Position numbers and translations under genes: made by a program
Source: Promethearchaeota archaeon
GTDB lineage: Archaea; Asgardarchaeota; Hermodarchaeia; Hermodarchaeales; Hermodarchaeaceae
Direction of reading: 5' to 3'
Assembly: GCA_048939245.1 (NCBI GenBank)
Contig: JBHLPR010000004.1
Location: 15,976 to 79,975, forward strand
Length of the DNA stretch: 64,000 nt
Shown here: one piece after another, positions 8,509 to 18,169 of the stretch
Numbering within the stretch: position 1 is the stretch's first letter
Layout of the letters: every line of letters starts with the position of its first letter
The notes under the pieces: generated by a model
Seen by the model: only the letters and a program-made list of their open reading frames with translations
Databases searched by the model: none
What the model was told of the DNA's origin: nothing

Positions 8509-9945
8509 GTGGCGCGCGTGCAATCGGTGGTTGAAGTAGCAGATTTACTCTCATCATTGAAGCACAATATTCATGAAAATATGCGCCCAAGCGAAGAACT
8601 ATTCGAAATAGATCTTTTACTCGATAATCTGAAACTTTATGCAAAACGAGTGAAAGGTGTACCACTTAACGAAGAAGATCACAGGCTCCAACCGTACAAA
8701 GAATTCGATGGCATGGTTGTGACACCTCGCGAACGAACGTATAATTCGTTGTTGCGACGACTTAAGGTCATCCTTCGATTCAACATCACTTCTTATGAGA
8801 AGGTTACCCGGGATCTATTACGGGGATTAATCTCTGAAGAAGCCGATCGGATAACTGGAAGAGAAATCCGGTTAATGACGTTGCTGTATCAACGCCCCAA
8901 CACGCCGCAGGCACAAATGGTAAAAGAGTTGAATGTCAGTCTGCCTACGATACGAAAGGACATCAAGACCTTAGAAGAGAAAATTGGTTTAAGGTTTGCC
9001 AATATGGTTGACTGGGGACGGTTTAAATTACGGCATTACGGGATTTTCTTCATTACCTCAGGTGTTGAAGCATCGAAGAATCTCGCAAAGGTCCTAAATG
9101 AAGAGATGTCCACTTATTTGAGAAGAGTGAATTTTGATACAACATTTCAGAGGGGCTTTGCCGGTTTTCTGATCCCGGATCAAGGAAAACCCACACAACT
9201 CTTTTCAGAGCAAATTAAATTGTTAAGCGAAAAGTTCTTCGAAGAGCACCAGCTCCACCAAATTAAGAAATACAACCAATCGATTTGCTTTGATCATTTT
9301 GACTATGAAACCAGCACATGGATGATTGAAGGTGATGTTTCAACTCTCGGCCTTCTTAATTTTGTACGGGAAAACTGGGCGATTCTTCCAAAGCCACGAG
9401 GGTTATCCAATACTCTAGCACGTCCTTTCGATGACCTTGATTATTATCTTGCCTGTTTATTAGGTGGGGATAGTAATGCACCAATGAAGAAAATTTTAAG
9501 CAGATTAGAAGCAGTGGGAATCAAAGCACCTCGAACAACTGTATCTACACGAAAGAACCGTCTCCACAAAGAAAGGACATTGGAACCCTTTTTCACTTTT
9601 GGGACGCCACAACTCCCCTTTTTCATTACTTTTGCAATTAGATGCGAGCCACATATTGCAGAGCAGCTGGCTGTGGCTGTTGCACAAATGCCACAGGGTT
9701 TCGTGTCAATTTCGAATATGGGTTGTGTTATTAATGTGTATGTGCCCGCAAGGAGCCTCGGAACTATTCTAAATCTTCTTTCACTAACACTTGAGGAGGA
9801 GGGAGTTCATGAGGTGTGGCAGATGCAACAGTATCGCAATATGGGATCTTATGGACCTGCACGAATTGCTCATAAGTGGAATGGGTCATATTGGACCTGG
9901 TCTGAGGATGAATTCGCTCTTCCATCTTTGGGACTCGAGTTCTAA
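8509..9945 (+). CDS. Uncharacterised duplicated-wHTH protein (paralog 3)
   Basis: HTH QAQMVKELNVSLPTIRKDIKTLE. Second module FDDLDYYL...PRTTVSTRKNRL. Shares IPDQ, PKPRG and C-terminal W..W motifs with paralogs 1 and 2. Confidence 0.7.
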   Translation: MARVQSVVEVADLLSSLKHNIHENMRPSEELFEIDLLLDNLKLYAKRVKGVPLNEEDHRLQPYKEFDGMVVTPRERTYNSLLRRLKVILRFNITSYEKVTRDLLRGLISEEADRITGREIRLMTLLYQRPNTPQAQMVKELNVSLPTIRKDIKTLEEKIGLRFANMVDWGRFKLRHYGIFFITSGVEASKNLAKVLNEEMSTYLRRVNFDTTFQRGFAGFLIPDQGKPTQLFSEQIKLLSEKFFEEHQLHQIKKYNQSICFDHFDYETSTWMIEGDVSTLGLLNFVRENWAILPKPRGLSNTLARPFDDLDYYLACLLGGDSNAPMKKILSRLEAVGIKAPRTTVSTRKNRLHKERTLEPFFTFGTPQLPFFITFAIRCEPHIAEQLAVAVAQMPQGFVSISNMGCVINVYVPARSLGTILNLLSLTLEEEGVHEVWQMQQYRNMGSYGPARIAHKWNGSYWTWSEDEFALPSLGLEF

Positions 9946-10006
9946 CAATTAAATACGAAAGATATTTGTTTAGCGGAATTCAGGGTAGGAGTCCTTTCAA
10001 TATTAG

Positions 10007-11047
10007 GTGGTGCAGCGTATTAGTAGTAAATTGATAGTTCGAGAAGGCGATTTCATTGAAACCATTGAAGGGCTTATTTTTGATGTCAAGGGACTCGTGC
10101 ATCCACCGGATAGAGTTATCGCATTCTTGCGATATTATCCCTCGCCGAATGGGAAGCGAGAAAGAGATGGGCAACGTTATGATAAGGTCTATCATCTAAC
10201 TGAACGCTTCGATTATCTGCGAGAACATTATCCACACTATCTATACCATGACAAAGTATTTGGAACAGAATTGCAGAACATACCTCATTCTTTCATACGG
10301 GAAATCTTTCATCCGAAGGAACAGCTTCTTCGACTGAGAGAGCTTGAGCAACGAGACGCATTGCAGCAAGATGTGGTTACCTTTGCTGATATTATTGAGG
10401 AGAAGGCACGGGTTTCAGCTGACGCCTTGGGGATTTCTGGTAGTGTCCAAGTAAATCTTCATGGAGAGACCTCAGATATTGATTTGATCGTGTATGGTCG
10501 TCGAGAAGCACGAGCAGTACAGCTGGCATTACGCCGGGCTCATTTGATACCCGAAGAAGGAATTTCGGGGTATCGATTGGACACATACCGAACCGTCTAC
10601 AACTTACGGTGGTCAGGGACCGGTATCCCCATCGAAAAGATGCTGTTAGTTGATGGGTTGAAGTCCATGCATGGAGTATTTGGGGGGCACCACTACTTCA
10701 TTCGAGCAATACTGGATTGGGATGAGATTCAAGAGGAATATGGGGATTGCATATACGAACCGATTGGACAGGCTCGAGCCCAATGCACGATTTCTGATGA
10801 TCGTGATGGTCTATTTACTCCATGCCGTTATGAAATTGATGATGTAGTATTTTTGAAAGGAAAGAAAATTCAAGATCTGCGCGAGATAGTCAGTTTTCGG
10901 GGACGATTTGCTGAACAGGTCCGCCAAGACGAAACTGTCGTGGTGCAGGGCATGGTAGAAATAGTCAAATGTGGGAAAGAAAAGTGGGGTCGGTTCTTGT
11001 TAGGTGCTCAACCAACAGATATCTTATTACCCCGTAATGTCATTTGA
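10007..11047 (+). CDS. Archaeal Pol-beta-superfamily nucleotidyltransferase (COG1665-like)
   Basis: GISGS...SDIDLIVYG catalytic motif. N-terminal DFIET.EGL.F.V.G..HPP. Confidence 0.8.
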   Translation: MVQRISSKLIVREGDFIETIEGLIFDVKGLVHPPDRVIAFLRYYPSPNGKRERDGQRYDKVYHLTERFDYLREHYPHYLYHDKVFGTELQNIPHSFIREIFHPKEQLLRLRELEQRDALQQDVVTFADIIEEKARVSADALGISGSVQVNLHGETSDIDLIVYGRREARAVQLALRRAHLIPEEGISGYRLDTYRTVYNLRWSGTGIPIEKMLLVDGLKSMHGVFGGHHYFIRAILDWDEIQEEYGDCIYEPIGQARAQCTISDDRDGLFTPCRYEIDDVVFLKGKKIQDLREIVSFRGRFAEQVRQDETVVVQGMVEIVKCGKEKWGRFLLGAQPTDILLPRNVI

Positions 11048-11069
11048 TTAATATGCTGGTGGTTTAGGG

Positions 11070-12116
11070 GTGGCACGGCTTCCAAAAGACAAAGACTTTA
11101 TCGAAACCAAAGAGGGATTATTTTTTACTGTTGTGGGATATTTGCATCCCCCAAATGCATATACTGCATACTTGAAGTACCGTCCGGATTCAAAGGGCAA
11201 ATGGGAACGGGGAGGTGTTCGGTACCAGCGGATGATGCAAGTGTATAGTGCTGCTGAAGTGCAATCCAGCAGTAGTTGGTTACTGAAACATTTTCCTGAA
11301 TACATCAAACTTGATCCAGTACGAGGGATTAAACTGCCATTGGTTCCTTGGGAGAATACTGTTGCTTATTATTTACCTGAGGTACGAATGGCTGAGATAC
11401 TCCGCGATCCGCAAGATCCGCTGGAATCAAAGGCGAAGGCGTTGGTTACTCTGCTATCCGAAGCCAGTGGAGTTGACTTGAGCAGGTTTGGTGTTTCCGG
11501 ATCGATTCTTTTAGAAATTCATAATCCAATGTTTTCCGATATTGATTTGCTCGTGTATGGATTAGAGAATGTGCAACGTGTTCGGGATGTGATGGACGAG
11601 TTATTTGGAGAGAATAAGGTCAAGCCCTACTCAGGGGAAGAGGTTCAATCATGGCAATTGCGGCAGGTAAGGATACTGGGAGTTCCTGCTCGCTACGCAG
11701 AACAAATTGCGTGGTCACATTGGCAACGTGGACGATTTGGAAAAACAGCTTTTTCGATAGGTGCAGTTCGAATGGATGGGGAAATCATGAACCAATATGG
11801 AGCTGAAACCTATTCGCCGGTAGAAGCTGTTGAATTCACAGCCACGATTATTGAGGATGAGGAAAACCTCTTTGTGCCAGCCCGATATTTAGTGGGTGAT
11901 ATCAACATGGAGGAGGGTTATACAGAATTACCTGCGTTAACGGAAGTAATTTCATTTGAAGGAGTGTTTGCAGCAGTTTTCAACAAAGGTGACCGGGTTA
12001 GGATCCGTGGAATGGTGGAGGCGGTTCGTGACGAGAAGGAGAATATCCTTCGAAACCATGTGATTGTTGGCACCTTGTCTTCGCAGGGTTGGATTGTGCG
12101 GCTTACTTCGGCATAA
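11070..12116 (+). CDS. Archaeal Pol-beta-superfamily nucleotidyltransferase (COG1665-like), tandem paralog
   Basis: GVSGS...SDIDLLVYG and DFIETKEGLFFTVVGYLHPP. Confidence 0.8.
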   Translation: MARLPKDKDFIETKEGLFFTVVGYLHPPNAYTAYLKYRPDSKGKWERGGVRYQRMMQVYSAAEVQSSSSWLLKHFPEYIKLDPVRGIKLPLVPWENTVAYYLPEVRMAEILRDPQDPLESKAKALVTLLSEASGVDLSRFGVSGSILLEIHNPMFSDIDLLVYGLENVQRVRDVMDELFGENKVKPYSGEEVQSWQLRQVRILGVPARYAEQIAWSHWQRGRFGKTAFSIGAVRMDGEIMNQYGAETYSPVEAVEFTATIIEDEENLFVPARYLVGDINMEEGYTELPALTEVISFEGVFAAVFNKGDRVRIRGMVEAVRDEKENILRNHVIVGTLSSQGWIVRLTSA

Positions 12117-12212
12117 ACTATTAGCTGTTTTTTGCTGCTTTGGACTTCAGCAAGAGATTTATTAAAGGTAATCAGTTATCGGTGGCATTCATAAGTGGAG
12201 TGTCGAAAAACA

Positions 12213-12611
12213 ATGCCTAGCTTGGAAGTTGTGTTACTGACCGGTCGGACTCGCCGTCAAGGTGTCGGTCTTGAGGCTGGAAAACTAAGCGATATTTACC
12301 ATGAGGCAACAACTCAGATTCGCCTTGATCCGACGGACTTGGAGAAACTTAAGATAGAACCTGGTGATATCGTAGAGGTTACCACAGAGCATGGCACTGT
12401 AGTACTTCGGGCAGAACTTGCACCTCGCCCCAGTGAGGGTATGGGTTTTATTCCATATGGTCCTTGGGCGAATTGCGTTATTAGTGGAGATACAGATAGC
12501 ACAGGTATGCCGACTATGAAAGGCTTGAAGGCAAAAGTGACTCCAGCGCCAGACAAGCAGGTATTGACCTTGCAGGAATTGTTTGCGCATATACGCAATT
12601 CTAGAGCTTAG
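12213..12611 (+). CDS. fwdD: Formylmethanofuran dehydrogenase subunit D
   Basis: LLTGRTRRQG, G.V.VTTEHG.VV, FIPYGPWAN, T.STGMP..KG. Confidence 0.92.
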   Translation: MPSLEVVLLTGRTRRQGVGLEAGKLSDIYHEATTQIRLDPTDLEKLKIEPGDIVEVTTEHGTVVLRAELAPRPSEGMGFIPYGPWANCVISGDTDSTGMPTMKGLKAKVTPAPDKQVLTLQELFAHIRNSRA

Positions 12612-12643
12612 TATGATGGCATTCCACTAAGTTTGGGATATTC

Positions 12644-14827
12644 ATGATTACAGTCATCATTCTAAGTCTCGCAATTTTCATTGGGTTGTTAGCGATTCTG
12701 GTTGCTATTTTGTTTTATCGACTAGTAATGCGTGAAGATGAAGGAAATGAAAAGATGCGAGAAGTGAGTAACCTCATTGAAGAAGGCGCCCACTCGTTTC
12801 TATCGGTCCAATATCGGATTCTTGCCTTTTTCACAATCGTAATGGCTGTGATTATTGCTGTAGCTGAGTTTTTCTTTGGATCGGCAACTCTTATTTCCAT
12901 TGCGCTAGCAACGGCCGTATCCTTTATCATAGGATGTTTAGCTAGCATGCTTGCTGGATATATTGGTATGATGGTTGCGACGCGAGCAAACCGCCGCACA
13001 GCAGCAGCAGCGGAAGCTGGAGGCATGAAACCAGCTTTTCGAGTAGCTTTCCGAGCTGGATCCGTCATGGGCCTAATTATCAGCGGAATAGCACTTTCGG
13101 GAATTGCAGCCTTGTACATGCTCTGGAATTTTGTTTTTCCTTTTCTCGGAGTCGAAGGTGAAGTTGCTCTGTGGGAGATTATCGTTGGTTTTTCATTCGG
13201 TGCTAGCAGTGTGGCTTTATTCGCAAGAGCTGGAGGAGGAATTTTCACAAAAACGGCGGATGTTGCAGCCGACATTGTTGGAAAAGTAGATTACGATATT
13301 CCAGAAGACGATCCACGAAATCCAGCAGCGATTGCAGATGCAGTCGGAGATAATGTGGGTGACGTTGCCGGAACAGGAGCAGATATTTTTGACAGTAACA
13401 TTGCTGCAATTTTAGCAGCATCAATTTTAGGTGCTACAATCGACCTAGCACTTTCTAATAACGGGATCAGCCCAATAATTCCGTATGGAATGGTTCCACT
13501 TCTAATTACAACCTTAGGTGGGATTGCAGCTGTTATTGGAGTTTTCACGGTTCGTACAAGTGAGAGTTGCGAGCCGGATTGTTCAATCAATCATGGAACT
13601 TATTATTCGACTATTCTGTTTGGAGTACTTGTGGTAATTGTCTTATTCCTTCTTCAGATACCCATTGTAATTGCTGTTGCGGGTATACTTGGGCTTTTAG
13701 CCGGAGTTCTTATCGGATTCGTCTCAGATATCTTTACTAACAATTATGGGCTAGGACGATTTCAACCTGTACAGAGTATGATAAGATCTGCAGAAACAAG
13801 CACTGGAACCTTAGCATTATCTGGTTATTCATATGGTCTTCTAAGCGTTGTTCCTTCAGTAGTGGGAATTGCAGTTGCACTGGTAGCTGCTTTTACTCTT
13901 GGAACCCTAATTCCTATCCCTGGACCAATTGGGTTCTGGCAGGCTGGTGTTTTTTCAGTATCGATTGCCGCCGTTGGATTACTTGCCACAAATGGTCTAG
14001 TAGTGAGTGCAGATGCTTATGGACCAATTGTAGATAATGCGCGGGGTATCATTGAGCAATCCGGAGCATCAAAAGAAGCAATAGAAGAATGCGATAAACT
14101 GGATGCAATTGGAAACACTACTAAGGCGATCACAAAAGGTTTTGCCATCGGTGCTTCAGCGTTATCAGTTTTTGCACTTTTTGCAGCCTATATTCAGCTC
14201 GCTTCTCAATTAAGCGGTACGGTCATTTACATCGACCTTTTGAATCCCATTGTGCTTGCAGGAGCGTTAATTGGAGGTATACTGCCAGCCGCGTTCTCAG
14301 CGATTTTAATTCTGGGTGTTCAAAAAAATGCTGACAAACTTATTCATGAGATCCATCGACAATTCCGAGATGAGCCAGGAATTCTCCAAGGAACAGTCAA
14401 GCCAAATTATGAGCGGGGGATCAAAATTTCTACTCAAGGCGCCTTACGCGAACTTCTACCAGCCACTATCATCGCCATCATCACCACAATTATTACAGGA
14501 ATCATCTTGGGCCTCGAAGCACTTGCCGCCTATCTTGCGGGTGCAGTTATTGTTGGACTCATCCTTGCCTTATTCATGGATAACGCAGGTGGAGCTTGGG
14601 ATAACGCCAAGAAATTCATCGAATCCCCTGCTTACGATCACGATAAGCCTAACTACCATAAAATACATTCAGCATCAGTAGTTGGCGACACCATAGGTGA
14701 TCCATTCAAAGACACCGCTGGACCCTCCATCAATACTCTTCTCGCTCTCACAAGTCTCACAGCCACCATCTTCTTACCGCTAATTTGGACTGGACATCTG
14801 TGGATAATCCTACTCTTGTTTCCATAG
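12644..14827 (+). CDS. hppA: Membrane-bound H+-translocating pyrophosphatase, K+-independent type
   Basis: GGGIFTK.AD, EDDPRNPA, DNVGDVAG, DAYGPIVDNA, GNTTKA (Lys indicates K+-independent), GGAWDNAKK, GDPFKDTAGP. Confidence 0.95.
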   Translation: MITVIILSLAIFIGLLAILVAILFYRLVMREDEGNEKMREVSNLIEEGAHSFLSVQYRILAFFTIVMAVIIAVAEFFFGSATLISIALATAVSFIIGCLASMLAGYIGMMVATRANRRTAAAAEAGGMKPAFRVAFRAGSVMGLIISGIALSGIAALYMLWNFVFPFLGVEGEVALWEIIVGFSFGASSVALFARAGGGIFTKTADVAADIVGKVDYDIPEDDPRNPAAIADAVGDNVGDVAGTGADIFDSNIAAILAASILGATIDLALSNNGISPIIPYGMVPLLITTLGGIAAVIGVFTVRTSESCEPDCSINHGTYYSTILFGVLVVIVLFLLQIPIVIAVAGILGLLAGVLIGFVSDIFTNNYGLGRFQPVQSMIRSAETSTGTLALSGYSYGLLSVVPSVVGIAVALVAAFTLGTLIPIPGPIGFWQAGVFSVSIAAVGLLATNGLVVSADAYGPIVDNARGIIEQSGASKEAIEECDKLDAIGNTTKAITKGFAIGASALSVFALFAAYIQLASQLSGTVIYIDLLNPIVLAGALIGGILPAAFSAILILGVQKNADKLIHEIHRQFRDEPGILQGTVKPNYERGIKISTQGALRELLPATIIAIITTIITGIILGLEALAAYLAGAVIVGLILALFMDNAGGAWDNAKKFIESPAYDHDKPNYHKIHSASVVGDTIGDPFKDTAGPSINTLLALTSLTATIFLPLIWTGHLWIILLLFP

Positions 14828-14964
14828 TGAATGCAGAACATTGGGGGATATGGAATAATCGTTGTTATATGATGCCTAGAGGTAAAAAATTACTATTTAA
14901 AAAAATAAGACCTAATTGGTCCAAGAGCCAAGCAGTCATCAGTAATAATTTCCCCAGGAATTAT

Positions 14965-15000
14965 TTCCGAACTAGCTAGTTCGGAATCAACTCTTTTTTT
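14965..15000 (+). terminator. Perfect 22-bp palindrome followed by T-tract (terminator or operator)
   Basis: TTCCGAACTAGCTAGTTCGGAA at 14965-14986, then TCAACTCTTTTTTT. Confidence 0.5.
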
Positions 15001-15097
15001 CTCATCTAAAATAAGAAATACTAACTGCCCGGATTCCATGCATTGAAAAACCCTGATATCGCGTTGGACTTAGCTCTAAGGTTAGGGTCTGATTGTT

Positions 15098-15961
15098 ATG
15101 ACTGAAAAGACTTTGATACGTAAGCCCTTATTACCTCCCATTTTGTTAGCAATCTTATTCTTTGTCGTCGCGATGATCTTTCGAATCATCGATATCTTCG
15201 TGTTACAACTACATATGACGAATTGGAGTATTATTCTCTCCAAAGTAATTCCACTTGTCATACTATTTCTCTACGTCGGTATTCTATATCGCACATTTTC
15301 AGTTCTTGGGATTCACTTTCGACATTTCATTATCAACTTAGTGCTTGGCGTTCTAATTTATCTTGTCTACTTCGTACTCCCCTACTTTCTCGAATATTTC
15401 GTTGAAATTGTATTGGGACTCGGTCCCATATTGAGTTTCACCACAGCACCTGTGATATGGATAGGATATTATGTTGTATTCTACATCATCAATTCCTTCA
15501 CGGAAGAAGGGATCTTTCGCGGACTTATGATGCGATGCTTCATGACAAAGACGAATATGAACATCGCTAACATCATTCAAGCACTCTTCTTTGGCTTCTG
15601 GCATATTGTTTGGCCTATTAATTCATTGCTTAGTGGGTTTATGGACCCAATCAGTGCCACCTGGTATGCAGTATACTATGTGTTATCCTCCTTTGTCTTC
15701 GGCATCGTGGCGGGCTATCTGTTCCAGAAAACTAGCAGTTTATGGGGTCCAATCGTGTTACACACGCTCTGGAATATGACACTCTTCCTGATTAACTATA
15801 ATTACTTGTTTCCGCCGACCGGTCCAATGAGCATAATCCTCTATGCTACAACCTTTGGCACAGAAGTTGTTGGTGCAATCATTGGTATCTTAGTTATCCG
15901 CTTCATTACTCAACGGCAAAAACTTCCCAAACTTACTCCCTGGAATACACCCCTACCATAA
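15098..15961 (+). CDS. CPBP (CAAX protease/Abi) family intramembrane metalloprotease
   Basis: EEGIFRG, FFGFWH and HTLWN motifs; multiple TM helices. Confidence 0.88.
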   Translation: MTEKTLIRKPLLPPILLAILFFVVAMIFRIIDIFVLQLHMTNWSIILSKVIPLVILFLYVGILYRTFSVLGIHFRHFIINLVLGVLIYLVYFVLPYFLEYFVEIVLGLGPILSFTTAPVIWIGYYVVFYIINSFTEEGIFRGLMMRCFMTKTNMNIANIIQALFFGFWHIVWPINSLLSGFMDPISATWYAVYYVLSSFVFGIVAGYLFQKTSSLWGPIVLHTLWNMTLFLINYNYLFPPTGPMSIILYATTFGTEVVGAIIGILVIRFITQRQKLPKLTPWNTPLP

Positions 15962-16070
15962 TTCCACAAGTAGCTATGCTGAAAAAATCGTAGTTTGGGC
16001 GAACCGCTTAAATGACAGAACTGCACTGTAAACCTGCACCCTATGTTAGGTGCTAAATGAGGTTTACACT

Positions 16071-17468
16071 ATGACGACCAAAGATACCGATGCAATCCTC
16101 TCTACCCCGCGATCACGAATTACAAAGCATGTCATTTGTCCGTTTTGCGGTTGCCTCTGTGATGATATCGAAGTTGCAGTAACCTTAACTGGTCCTCTCC
16201 CTCGTGTTCCGGAAGGAACGATTGTAGAAGCATTAAATGCCTGTCGTATTGGACATACCAAATTCCTGAAGGTGCGAGATGAGTATCGGATTTACAAACC
16301 TGAAATACGGTCAGGGAAGGATAAATCGCAAATTAAACAGGTGTCCTTAGAGGAAGCTGTGAAAGTCGCGGCCAAAATCCTTGCCAATGCAAAACGTCCA
16401 GTGATTTATGGATTAGCAAGCACCTCCAATGAGGCAAATGTGAAGGCCTTAGAGCTTGCAGAGGTTTCAGGTGCAGTCGTCGACAATACTTCTTCGGTGT
16501 GCCATGGCCCAGGAATTGAAGCCACGCAACGTGTTGGGATTGGCACCTGTACTCTGGGTAAAATCAAAAACTATTCGGATCTGATTGTTTATTGGGGTTG
16601 TAATCCGATTGCGGCGCATCCACGGCATACACGACGGTATTCACAATTTATTGAAGGCTTATTCCAACAGGTGGAAGATCGGAAGGTCTATCATATCGAT
16701 GCCCGTCCCACACGATTCACTGATCAGGTTACAAATTCGATTATCGTTGAACCGAACAAGGATTATGAACTGCTGCAGGCAGTCCGAGCACTTCTGCGAG
16801 GCAAAGAGCTACAAGCCTCCGAAGTAGCCGGGGTCCCAATGCGACAAATTCGGGAGTTTACGAACGATCTCAAAAGTGCCAAATTTACCACTATTTTCTT
16901 TGGATTGGGATTAACCCAGACCCACGGAAAAGACCACAATGTAACGGCAGCTATCGATTTAACCGCAGATTTGAATCATCACACAAAAGCAGTGATTATG
17001 CCCTTGCGAGGGCACTTTAACGTTACCGGTTCGAATCATGTATCTACATGGACTTACGGTTACCCCTTTTGTATAAGCCTGGAGCATGGAGCCCCTTACT
17101 ATATGCCCGGAGAAACGAGTGCAGTTGACGTGTTAGTCCGGGGTGAAGCGGATGCCTTCTTTGCTATCGCAGCGGATCCCGCGGCTTCATTTCCTATGCC
17201 CGCTGTGAAAGAAATGATGAAAATCCCTGTGATTGTTTTGGATCCTAAGCGTTGTGCCACAACTGAGATCGCTGATGTTGTTCTCCCTTCAGCATATGTG
17301 GGCATTGAAGCAGATGGAGTGCAAACCGCGTATCGAATGGATGGAATTCCCCTTCAATTAGACAAAATCGTTGATGCACCTGCAGGCATCAAAAGTGATG
17401 ACCAGATTCTCGATATGATTGTTCGTGAGGTTTGCAAGCTCAAGAAGATCAAACGTTACCCGGAATAA
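16071..17468 (+). CDS. fwdB: Formylmethanofuran dehydrogenase subunit B
   Basis: CPFCGCLCDDI, DNTSSVCHGP (Cys ligand), WGCNP..AHPRH..RYS, MPLRGHFNV, AYRMD. Confidence 0.95.
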   Translation: MTTKDTDAILSTPRSRITKHVICPFCGCLCDDIEVAVTLTGPLPRVPEGTIVEALNACRIGHTKFLKVRDEYRIYKPEIRSGKDKSQIKQVSLEEAVKVAAKILANAKRPVIYGLASTSNEANVKALELAEVSGAVVDNTSSVCHGPGIEATQRVGIGTCTLGKIKNYSDLIVYWGCNPIAAHPRHTRRYSQFIEGLFQQVEDRKVYHIDARPTRFTDQVTNSIIVEPNKDYELLQAVRALLRGKELQASEVAGVPMRQIREFTNDLKSAKFTTIFFGLGLTQTHGKDHNVTAAIDLTADLNHHTKAVIMPLRGHFNVTGSNHVSTWTYGYPFCISLEHGAPYYMPGETSAVDVLVRGEADAFFAIAADPAASFPMPAVKEMMKIPVIVLDPKRCATTEIADVVLPSAYVGIEADGVQTAYRMDGIPLQLDKIVDAPAGIKSDDQILDMIVREVCKLKKIKRYPE

Positions 17469-17469
17469 G

Positions 17470-18159
17470 TCAGTCTTTAAGGTGTTTGCCTAATTTTTCG
17501 CAAAGAGTCTGAATTGTTAAACCATCGAAAGTGGGAATGATTAAGTCAGCATGAGCAAGATCCTTCGCAGGATTAGTTGTTGTCAGAGCAACACAGGTCA
17601 TTTGTGCTGATTTTGCTGCGGTAACACCTCTCGGTGAATCTTCAAAGACAAGACATTGCTTAGGTGGAACTACAAGGGTTTTAGCTGCCAAGAGGTAAGG
17701 CTCAGGATTGGGTTTAACATGGATTACTTGAGTAGCATCGATCACGGGATGTTTGTCTAAAAGTCCAAGGGATTTTAAAGCTGCATTCAAACTGATTGGA
17801 TGACCTGTGCTAACAAAGGCGATTGGAATATTCGCTTCGCGTACTGTATCGTAAAAAGAAGAAAATCCAGATACTGATTGGAGCTCACCGTTTTCTACCC
17901 GTTCTCGATATCGGATTCGCCGTTGCATAATTAGTGGTTCAGGGTCCTCGGCGATACCGTTTTCATCAAAAATTGTTGACATAATGACCATAGAGCCAGC
18001 ACCAAGAAATTTCGTTTTCCACTCGTTTTCCGTGATCTGAATTTCAAAGGGAGCTAGGATTTCGTTAAATGTCTTTAAATGCAGGAGCTCACTTTCTACC
18101 ACTACTCCATCAACGTCAAACAGAACTGCTGCAATTATTGTAGACGCATCCATGGTCAA
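17470..18159 (-). CDS. HAD-superfamily phosphatase (beta-PGM/CbbY-like)
   Basis: FDVDGVV, KPNPEPY, VFEDSPRGV. Confidence 0.88.
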   Translation of the reverse strand: MTMDASTIIAAVLFDVDGVVVESELLHLKTFNEILAPFEIQITENEWKTKFLGAGSMVIMSTIFDENGIAEDPEPLIMQRRIRYRERVENGELQSVSGFSSFYDTVREANIPIAFVSTGHPISLNAALKSLGLLDKHPVIDATQVIHVKPNPEPYLLAAKTLVVPPKQCLVFEDSPRGVTAAKSAQMTCVALTTTNPAKDLAHADLIIPTFDGLTIQTLCEKLGKHLKD

Positions 18160-18169
18160 TCATCCTAAC

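Noticed and set aside
1977-9945. Mobile element or provirus interpretation of the wHTH paralog region
   Set aside because: No integrase, transposase, terminal repeats or att/tRNA site seen; housekeeping genes are interspersed.
12715-13590. Antisense ORFs (186 and 99 aa) within hppA
   Set aside because: Mirror frames of a conserved gene with no motifs. The same applies to most short overlapping ORFs in the track.
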